DNA of 64,000 nt, taken from assembly GCA_963835455.1 (NCBI GenBank), contig CAWIFT010000005.1, positions 140,160 to 204,159 on the forward strand, in the 5' to 3' direction. Numbering within the stretch: the stretch's first letter is position 1; each line of letters begins with the position of its first letter. Shown piece after piece: positions 55,315 to 64,000 of this stretch. The translations under genes and the position numbers were made by a program. Origin of the DNA: an uncultured Actinomycetes bacterium. Its GTDB lineage: Bacteria > Actinomycetota > Acidimicrobiia > IMCC26256 > PALSA-610. The notes under the pieces are model-generated. The model saw only the letters and a program-made list of their open reading frames with translations, was not told the origin of the DNA and ran no database searches.

Positions 55315-55949
55315 CGCCGGCCCTTCCTCGTGAACTCGCGCGGCTCGTAGTAGCCGGGATTCGTGTCGGGCCGGCCGCGTTTGGTCGTGTAGCGCCATTG
55401 CGCGGAGATCCGGCCGCGCACGGCGTGGCGCGTCTTCGGGACACCGTGCAGCCAGTCCGACTGGAAGCGGCCCCCGAACACCATCAGGTCACCGCCGGCC
55501 GGCGAGAGGTCGCGTGCCGTCGAGCGATCGCGCGTGTTCCGCCGCTGCACGAGGAACGGGCGCCGCGCGCCGAGGGTCAGGATTGCGACGACGGTGTCCT
55601 CGAGCCAACGCATCTCCCGATCGCGGTGCATCGCGACGCTGTCGCGTGAGTCGCGGTAGTACGCCAGCCCGAAGCCGTCGAAGTGCGCGTGGTACTTCGT
55701 GGCGATCGCTTGCTGGGCGTCGGCGAGCACGGGATGCCCCGGTTTCGCGAGTGAACCTCCCGCGCCCATGCGGGGCTCGTCGATATAGCGCTCGTAGCGC
55801 CACACGCGTCCCTGTTGCCAGGCGACCGTCGACACGAGGTGCGTGTACACCTCGTCGGCGCCGAGCAGCCAACCGCGCGCGATGTCGATCCACGAGGTGT
55901 CGTCGAGTTGCAGACGCTCGAACGCGACCCCCGAATCGATCTCGGGCAT
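55311..55949 (-). CDS. AlkB-like 2OG-Fe(II) dioxygenase
   Basis: YYRDSRDSVAMHRD, LTLGARRPF, GDLMVFGG..Q..WLHGVPK, RIS..WR. Confidence 0.88.
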   Translation of the reverse strand: MPEIDSGVAFERLQLDDTSWIDIARGWLLGADEVYTHLVSTVAWQQGRVWRYERYIDEPRMGAGGSLAKPGHPVLADAQQAIATKYHAHFDGFGLAYYRDSRDSVAMHRDREMRWLEDTVVAILTLGARRPFLVQRRNTRDRSTARDLSPAGGDLMVFGGRFQSDWLHGVPKTRHAVRGRISAQWRYTTKRGRPDTNPGYYEPREFTRKGRR

Positions 55950-57118
55950 CAGTCGATCGCGTGGTAACAGGCGTTCACCAACTCGTAGCTGCGCGCGTCG
56001 CCCGCGAGCCCCATGTCCATCCGGTTCATGACGTACCCGAACGCGAGCTCGGCGTCGGGGTCGGCCCATCCGACCGAACCGCCCGCGCCGAAGTGACCGA
56101 ACGAACGCGGCCCGCCGAGCTCGATCAGGCTCGAGCGCAACATGAAGCCGAGCCCGAACTGGATGTCCATGTCGAGCAGGACGCGGTTGGGTCCGGTGGT
56201 GAGTTGGGTCGTCGCGCGTCGGAGCTGCTCCTCGGTGAGGATGCGCACCCCGTCGACGCTGCCGATGCACGCCGAATACATGCGCGCGATCGAACGGGCG
56301 TCACCGATCCCGTTCGCGGCGGGGATCTCGGCGGCATGAAGCGCACGCGAGTTCCAGACGTCGGGGCCGGACAGCGCGCCGCCCGGCGCGAAGAGCGCTT
56401 TGCCGAGCGTCGTGTCCGGTCCCATGAACTGGTTCACGAGCGCGGCGACCTCGGGGTCTTCGGTGATGAGTGGATCGGCCAGGCCGCCGACCAACGGCGC
56501 GACGCGCGGTTCCTCCGACTCGGGGAGCCCGATCCAGAAGTCGAGGCCGAGCGGTGTGGCGATCTCGTCGTGGAAGTACGTGCCGACGCTCCGGCCCGCG
56601 ACGCGGCGGACGACTTCGCCGACGAGCCAGCCGTACGTGGTCGCGTGGTACCCGTGCTGCGAACCGGGTTCGTAGTGGGGGACCTGTTGCGCGAGCGCAT
56701 CGACGACCGGATCCCACGACAGTGCCTGCTGCAGTGACATCTCGCCGTCGACCCACGCGAGCCCGGCCTGGTGCGACAAGAGGTACGAGACGGGAATGTC
56801 GGCCTTGCCGCCCGCGGCGAACTCGGGCCAGTAGCGAGCGACGGGCGCGTCGACGTCGAGCGCGCCCTCCTGCGCGAGCTTGTTGGCGCACATGGCGGTT
56901 GCGCCCTTGGTGGTGGAGAAGACCAGCGCGAGCGCGTCCTCGTCCCACGGGCGTCCGGTGGCGACGTCGGCGGTGCCCGCCCAGAGGTCGACGACCTTCT
57001 CGCCGCGGCGGTACGCGCTGAACGACGCGCCGATCTCGAGGCCTTTCGCGAAGTTCGTCTCGAATGCGTCGCGCACGGCCTCGAAACCGCGTTCGGTGGT
57101 CCCGTGGATCTCCGTCAT
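55949..57118 (-). CDS. Serine hydrolase (beta-lactamase family esterase)
   Basis: FSTTK (SxxK), LLSHQAGL, HGYHA, FGHFGAGGS. Confidence 0.92.
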   Translation of the reverse strand: MTEIHGTTERGFEAVRDAFETNFAKGLEIGASFSAYRRGEKVVDLWAGTADVATGRPWDEDALALVFSTTKGATAMCANKLAQEGALDVDAPVARYWPEFAAGGKADIPVSYLLSHQAGLAWVDGEMSLQQALSWDPVVDALAQQVPHYEPGSQHGYHATTYGWLVGEVVRRVAGRSVGTYFHDEIATPLGLDFWIGLPESEEPRVAPLVGGLADPLITEDPEVAALVNQFMGPDTTLGKALFAPGGALSGPDVWNSRALHAAEIPAANGIGDARSIARMYSACIGSVDGVRILTEEQLRRATTQLTTGPNRVLLDMDIQFGLGFMLRSSLIELGGPRSFGHFGAGGSVGWADPDAELAFGYVMNRMDMGLAGDARSYELVNACYHAID

Positions 57119-57266
57119 GCAGCAGGTTTACCAAAGGACCGTCCGGGCGGCCATAGGCCGTTGCCCGCCCCATCTCGGCTCGCGTGGTCCGCACCGGCGC
57201 TTCGCGTTCTCATCACAATCCGGGGCGACGCTCAGGAGGACGGTTTCCCCACTCCAGGAGGACGAC

Positions 57267-57755
57267 ATGAAGTTCAAGCAGATTGCAGCATCCGGATTGA
57301 TGGTCGTGACGCTCGCGAGCGTCGGTCTCGTCGGCTTCGGCGCCACCGGCGCGGGCGCCGCGACGGTGAACACGACGACCGTGAACGACGGCCGCCCGCG
57401 CCTCGATCCCGGCGTCACGCTCTGGCACGACGCCAACGGCTGGCACGTCCGCGTGACGCACAACGCGATCCACGACCGCGTGTTCTCCGGTCTGATCCAC
57501 ACCAGCGGATCGCTGACCGCCGTGCACGCGGTGCGACTCGAGAAGAACGACTCCCTCGCGGTCGGCTCGGGTGGCCACACGCTCGCGTTCCGCTTCAACA
57601 ACTACGGCGGTGTCGACGGCTTCGATTTCGCGGCCCCGAGCGCGCCGTACCTCGCGTTCGGCTTCACGACCGACGGTCACGTGCTGGCGCCCGCGCACAT
57701 CTCGATCGGTGCGGCCGGACGCCACCCCGCGTCCGACCCGTTCGTCCTTCGGTAA
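57267..57755 (+). CDS. Secreted hypothetical protein (beta-rich)
   Basis: AGGAGG RBS; signal peptide ending AGA; WHDANGWHVRVT, NYGGVDGFDF. Confidence 0.7.
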   Translation: MKFKQIAASGLMVVTLASVGLVGFGATGAGAATVNTTTVNDGRPRLDPGVTLWHDANGWHVRVTHNAIHDRVFSGLIHTSGSLTAVHAVRLEKNDSLAVGSGGHTLAFRFNNYGGVDGFDFAAPSAPYLAFGFTTDGHVLAPAHISIGAAGRHPASDPFVLR

Positions 57756-57766
57756 CGGGCGCAGAT

Positions 57767-57814
57767 GGGGCTCGGGGGCGGGTTCCGGTGACCGGAATCC
57801 GCCCCCGCCGCCCC
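57767..57814 (+). terminator. GC-rich hairpin (probable terminator)
   Basis: GGGGGCGGGTTCCGG-tga-CCGGAATCCGCCCCC stem just after the stop at 57755; no U-tract. Confidence 0.6.
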
Positions 57815-57847
57815 TACACTGGAGCTCCCCCCGAATTGGAGTTCTGT

Positions 57848-59680
<1,833 letters not shown>

Positions 59681-59705
59681 CGCGTCGCCGCGATCGCGAC
59701 CGCGG

Positions 59706-60635
59706 CTAGTGCGACAGCATCGCAATCGACACGAGAACGGCGATGACGTTGTTGGTCGCGTGCGCGACCATCCCCGCGCCGAGCCGGCCCGTGCTGTTCC
59801 GGAGCCAGCCGAGGAACAGGCCGAGCACGAAGATCGTGCCGCACTTCACCGCGGCCTGATTGAACGTCATGCCGACCTGGTAGTGCGCGGCGCCGAAGAA
59901 CATCGCCTGCGCCACGGTCCCCGGACCCAGGCCGAGATTGCGGACGAGCACGGGCTGCACGAGGCCGCGGAAGTAGAGCTCTTCGATGATCGGCGCGCCG
60001 ACGCAGGCGAACAGGAACGTCACCGCGATGAACGATGCGCTGGGTTGGCTGACGACGAAGAAGTGCGAACCGCCGCCGTTGTCGGGGAAGAGGTGCAGCA
60101 ACACGTAGGTGACGCGGCTCGCGACGAGGACGCCGACCACGCCGACGCCGATGCCGACCTTGACCTCTCGGCTGTTGGGCGCGCGGAAGCCGAGATCGGC
60201 GAGCGTGCCGCCGGGACGGCGGTGGCTCGCGACGTAGGCCGCCATGCCCAGCCCGGTCCACAGTCCGAACTGCCCGAGCACCATCACCGGGACGGTGAGC
60301 GGCGCGGCGCCCAACGCGACCGCGAGGAGCGAGCCGAGCACCGACAGCGCAAGTGCGCCGAAATACCCCAGGACCGCGATCCCGCCGCCCTCGATGTCGG
60401 TGCGGGCCACCGGCTCCACGGCCGCCCGGGCGACCGGAACGCCGTATGTGGGATTCCCGTACGAGTACCCGTCGTACCGATTCGTCGGAAGAATCGGCGC
60501 GACGGGCGCGGCGGGGGTCGTGAAGCCGGTCCAGGTCATGCCGTCCCACCAGCGGGTGGGCGCGATCTGCCACGGGTCGGGATACCAGCCCGGCTGCGGG
60601 GCCGGCGCGCCCGCCGCGGGATCGGTCGACTGCAC
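59706..60635 (-). CDS. CPBP family intramembrane glutamic endopeptidase with N-terminal DUF2510
   Basis: PGWYPDP...RWWDG..WT; APIIEELYFRG, FGAAH, AHATNN. Confidence 0.9.
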   Translation of the reverse strand: MQSTDPAAGAPAPQPGWYPDPWQIAPTRWWDGMTWTGFTTPAAPVAPILPTNRYDGYSYGNPTYGVPVARAAVEPVARTDIEGGGIAVLGYFGALALSVLGSLLAVALGAAPLTVPVMVLGQFGLWTGLGMAAYVASHRRPGGTLADLGFRAPNSREVKVGIGVGVVGVLVASRVTYVLLHLFPDNGGGSHFFVVSQPSASFIAVTFLFACVGAPIIEELYFRGLVQPVLVRNLGLGPGTVAQAMFFGAAHYQVGMTFNQAAVKCGTIFVLGLFLGWLRNSTGRLGAGMVAHATNNVIAVLVSIAMLSH

Positions 60636-60701
60636 CTAGGGGTTTTCGGCCCTCCGGCGGGTCGACTTGCGATCAAATCCCTGCGGTCGATCCGCCGGCG
60701 G

Positions 60702-61511
60702 TCAACCCCGCGTGAGCAGCCTCCGGGCGGTACCGCCCAGGAACAGCGCCATCGCCTCGTCGTCGAGTGGCAGCGCCTGCGCCTCTGCGAGCGATCGGCG
60801 CATCGGGAACCACGGCTCGTCGCTGCCCCACAACACGCGTCCGCGATACGTCTTGGTGTTCATGAAGGCGACCAGGTTGGGGTCCATGTAGCGCGGCGCG
60901 TACGCGGTGCACGAGAGATAGAGGTTCGACCACTTGCGCATGTAGTTCATGAGCAGCTCTTCGTAGGGGTGACCCATGTGCGCCACGATCACCGTGAGGT
61001 CGGGGAAGTCGATGAGTACGTCCTCGAGCAACTCGGGATGCTGTACCCGTGACCGCACGCGCGGCCCCGGGATGCCGGCGTTGATCCCGACGGGCAGACC
61101 GAGCTCTTCGCATACCTGGTAGATGGGGTAGTGGCGCGCGTCGTTGGTCGGCACCTGCGACGCCAGCGGCATCACCCGCACCATGCAGAACGCCGGATGT
61201 TGCGCGAGCTCGCGCAACCGCTTGACCTGCCGTCCCGGCCGCGACGGATCACCGATGCCGCCGGCGACGAGGAAGCGGCCCGGATGCGCGGAACAGATGT
61301 CGAGCAGCTTGTCGGTGTTGCGGTCGAGACCGCCCGTGAACACGCCCGTCGCGACGCCGAGCTCGTCCATGATCGAGAGCAGCGAGTCGACGCCGACCGG
61401 ACCTTGATTGCTCCCGAGGTAGCCGGGGATGTTCTCGTATCCCTCCTGCGTCACGAACTGCTCCGCCGACTGCTCGGTGACGAGGTTGACCCAGATATCG
61501 AAGATGTCCAT
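60702..61511 (-). CDS. Amidohydrolase family protein
   Basis: DFPDLTVIVAHMGHP, SNLYL, VLWGSD, FLGGTARRL. Confidence 0.85.
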   Translation of the reverse strand: MDIFDIWVNLVTEQSAEQFVTQEGYENIPGYLGSNQGPVGVDSLLSIMDELGVATGVFTGGLDRNTDKLLDICSAHPGRFLVAGGIGDPSRPGRQVKRLRELAQHPAFCMVRVMPLASQVPTNDARHYPIYQVCEELGLPVGINAGIPGPRVRSRVQHPELLEDVLIDFPDLTVIVAHMGHPYEELLMNYMRKWSNLYLSCTAYAPRYMDPNLVAFMNTKTYRGRVLWGSDEPWFPMRRSLAEAQALPLDDEAMALFLGGTARRLLTRG

Positions 61512-61567
61512 GGTCCGGCGACGCTAGCCAAGGTCGCCGTCGGGGCGCACGGGCTACGGTTTGCCGC

Positions 61568-62668
61568 ATGCGTGCAGCAGTGCTCGAGGCGTCGGAGAAG
61601 CCGCTCGCGATCGTCGACGATGTCGACATCGACGATCCCCGTGTCGGTGAAGTCCGCGTGCGCGTGTCGCACTGCGGTGTGTGTCATTCCGATCTCTCGC
61701 TCGCGAACGGCACGTACCCGTTCTCCGCGCCGGTGGTGCTCGGGCACGAAGCCGCAGGGGTCGTCGACGCGATCGGCGCAGGCGTGACGTCGGTCGCTCC
61801 CGGCGACAAGGTGGTGCTCACGCCGATCTCGGTGTGCAACGCGTGCTACTGGTGCGCGCGTGGAGAATACGGATGTTGCGTCAACGCCGCGTCGATCAAC
61901 ACCGGCGTGCTCGCCGACGGTCGCACGCCGCTGTCGCGTCAGGGGCTGCCGGTTCTGCGCGGTGTCGGCCTCGGTGGGTTCGCGGAGTACGTGATCACGA
62001 CCGAGACCGGTGCGATCAAGGTCGCGCCCGACACGCCGCTCGACGTCGCGTGCGTGATCGGCTGCGCGGTGCAGACCGGCGTCGGCGCGGTCCTCAACAC
62101 CGCGCGCGTCCCCGAGGGCGCCACAGTGCTCGTCGCGGGCGCGGGCGGCATCGGTGTTTCGATCGTGCAGGGCGCGCGCGTCGCCGGCGCGACCAAGATC
62201 ATCGTCTCGGACCCGGTCGGTGAACGCCGCGACATGGTGAAGCGCTTCGGCGCGACCGACGTGATCGATCCGACCGCCGACGACCTGCTCGGCGCAGTGC
62301 AGCAACTGACCGGCGGCATCGGTGTCGACTTCGCGTTCGACGCGGTCGGCGCCGGTCCGGTGATCGAGTCGTGTATCTGGGCGACGCGCAACGGCGGCAC
62401 GACGGTGATGGTCGGCGCCGGCGGCATCGACCAGACCGTCACCCTCGCGCCGCCGGTCATGTTCACGCTCACCGAACGCAAGCTGATGGGCTGTCTGCTC
62501 GGGAGTTGCAACGGGCGCCGCGACATTCCCCGCCTCCTGGATCTCTGGCGTGCGGGTCGCATCGATCTCGAGGGGATGATCACGGCGCGCCGTCCGCTCG
62601 CCGAGGTCAACGAAGCCTTCGCCGACATGACCGCGGGCATCGGCCTGCGCACCGTTCTCACCGTCTAG
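61568..62668 (+). CDS. Zn-dependent alcohol dehydrogenase
   Basis: GVCHSD, GHEAAG, CNACYWC...C, GCAVQTG, GAGGIG. Confidence 0.92.
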   Translation: MRAAVLEASEKPLAIVDDVDIDDPRVGEVRVRVSHCGVCHSDLSLANGTYPFSAPVVLGHEAAGVVDAIGAGVTSVAPGDKVVLTPISVCNACYWCARGEYGCCVNAASINTGVLADGRTPLSRQGLPVLRGVGLGGFAEYVITTETGAIKVAPDTPLDVACVIGCAVQTGVGAVLNTARVPEGATVLVAGAGGIGVSIVQGARVAGATKIIVSDPVGERRDMVKRFGATDVIDPTADDLLGAVQQLTGGIGVDFAFDAVGAGPVIESCIWATRNGGTTVMVGAGGIDQTVTLAPPVMFTLTERKLMGCLLGSCNGRRDIPRLLDLWRAGRIDLEGMITARRPLAEVNEAFADMTAGIGLRTVLTV

Positions 62669-62678
62669 GAGCAGCGCC

Positions 62679-63221
62679 GTGGAAGTGTCGTTGCCTCCCC
62701 AACTCCAGGACTTCGTCCGGTCACAGGTGCGAAGCGGTCGGTACACCGACGAGCAGGAGGTCGTGCGCGAGGCGCTGCGCCAGATGCGCGCGCTCGTGAA
62801 GGCGGCCGAGGACCCGACGGTGGCCGGTTTGGTGCGCGACGCGATGGGCCTCGCGAACCAGGCGCAAAGAGATGTCGCGAACGTGTTGCAGATCGCCGAT
62901 CGCGAGACGAACGTGCTGGGCGAGGTCGTCGGTCAGGCCGCTTCGCTCGCGACTGCGGCGATCGAGGTCGTGCGCAAGGTGCCGGGCGCGCGCGAGCTCG
63001 ACCGGGTCGTACGCGGCCCGATCGACCTTCTCACCGCGACCGCCGAACGGGGCGAGGTGCAGGCCAAGGCGATTCGTCAGAACCTCGAGGCGACGGCGAA
63101 GGCGCTCGGCGTGTTGACGTCGGTCCTCGAACGCGTCAACAGCGCGACGCGCACCGTCAACAGCGTGATCCTGCCGGAGCCCGTCGTCACTCCCGAGCGC
63201 GTGGTCGCCCCGGAGAAATGA
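62679..63221 (+). CDS. ParD/CopG-like ribbon-helix-helix domain fused to long helical domain
   Basis: MEVSLPPQLQDFVRSQVRSGRY....EVVREALR typical of ParD-family antitoxins; about 140 extra residues. Confidence 0.7.
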   Translation: MEVSLPPQLQDFVRSQVRSGRYTDEQEVVREALRQMRALVKAAEDPTVAGLVRDAMGLANQAQRDVANVLQIADRETNVLGEVVGQAASLATAAIEVVRKVPGARELDRVVRGPIDLLTATAERGEVQAKAIRQNLEATAKALGVLTSVLERVNSATRTVNSVILPEPVVTPERVVAPEK

Positions 63222-64000
63222 CCGCACGCGAGGTGAGCGCGGCCGAAGCGGCCGCGATGCTTCGGCCCGTCGACACGCTCGCGCTCCCGCTCGGACCGGG
63301 CGCACCGAACGCGTTCCTGCACGCGCTCGGCGAACGCGACGACTGGCAGCAGCTCGACGTGTTCGGGGCGCTCCTGCTCGACCTGTACCAGGTGTTCATG
63401 AAGCCCGGTGTCGTGCTGCGCAGCGGCTTCTTCGGCCCCGCGGAACGGGCGCTGCGCGACGCGGGGGCGAATGTCGACTACATCCCCGCCGACTTCCGCC
63501 GGTTCGTCACGATCGCGGAGCAGTTCGCGCCGCGCGTCATGACCACCGCCGCCGCACCGCCCGACGAGCACGGGTTCATGAGCTTGTCGCTGCACGCCGG
63601 CGCGACGACCGGTGAACTGCACCGCGCGTCGATCGATCCCGACCGGATCGTGATCGTCGAAGTGAACGACCAGTTGCCGCGCACGCTCGGACTGCCGCCG
63701 GAGTTCCCGCACGCGCTGCACGTCGACCAGGTCGACGCGATCGTACGCGCCGATCGGCCCGTCTACGTCCTGGACGAGCCGCCGCCCGATGAGTTCGACC
63801 GGGCGATCGCGCGTTTCGCGCGCGACTACATCACCGACGGCTGCACGTTGCAGACCGGGATAGGAGGGGTGCCGTCGTCGATCGTCGCAGTGCTCGCGGA
63901 GGACGACGGCGGCGATTACGGCGTGCACTCGGAAATGTTCACCACGGGCCTCATGCGACTGCACCAGGCGGGCAAGGTGACGAACGCTCGCAAAGGCGAG
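63218..64000 (+). CDS. Acetyl-CoA hydrolase / 4-hydroxybutyrate CoA-transferase, 3'-truncated by window edge
   Basis: ATGA coupling; SGFFGP, PPDEHGFMSLS, EVNDQLPRT, LQTGIGGVP, GVHSEM; absent from ORF track because no stop lies in the window. Confidence 0.9.
   Translation, partial: MTAREVSAAEAAAMLRPVDTLALPLGPGAPNAFLHALGERDDWQQLDVFGALLLDLYQVFMKPGVVLRSGFFGPAERALRDAGANVDYIPADFRRFVTIAEQFAPRVMTTAAAPPDEHGFMSLSLHAGATTGELHRASIDPDRIVIVEVNDQLPRTLGLPPEFPHALHVDQVDAIVRADRPVYVLDEPPPDEFDRAIARFARDYITDGCTLQTGIGGVPSSIVAVLAEDDGGDYGVHSEMFTTGLMRLHQAGKVTNARKGE

Noticed and set aside
56771-57847. N-terminally extended TypA (969 aa)
   Set aside because: Extension overlaps two other genes; canonical TypA begins at ATG 57848.
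62679-63221. Complete ParDE toxin-antitoxin system
   Set aside because: No ParE/RelE-like ORF on either side.

Overview
High-GC, gene-dense chromosomal segment. It looks actinobacterial, most likely Acidimicrobiia (inferred from GYWLVASDGG-repeat surface proteins, F420-type LLM oxidoreductases, DUF222-HNH, a conservon and a GAP-family protein). About 62 CDS can be supported; no rRNA, tRNA or CRISPR array was seen. Most genes are metabolic, transport or cell-surface genes (dcd, typA, cspA, corA, aroK-like, htrA-like, ABC-2 and ECF transporters, aldo/keto reductases, amidohydrolases). Main points of interest: (1) a ResA/TlpA-like selenoprotein hidden in the ORF track, with an in-frame UGA in WASW-U-GC and a SECIS-like hairpin; (2) an operon with the enzyme logic of the Arn aminosugar pathway (DegT aminotransferase, SDR, GT2-membrane-CE4 deacetylase fusion, GT-C-like protein) in a lineage with no lipid A; (3) an ECF sigma factor with a His/Thr-rich putative anti-sigma, divergent from an orphan ECF transporter; (4) a DUF222-HNH gene with both a LexA box and a PafBC/RecA-NDp-type promoter, beside an internally deleted SQR-like remnant; (5) a four-gene conservon; (6) a toxin-less ParD-like fusion protein; (7) an LPXTG-anchored cupredoxin. 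Several single-base frameshifts in otherwise intact genes suggest long-read indel errors rather than real pseudogenes. All family calls are by-eye motif recognition, not database results.
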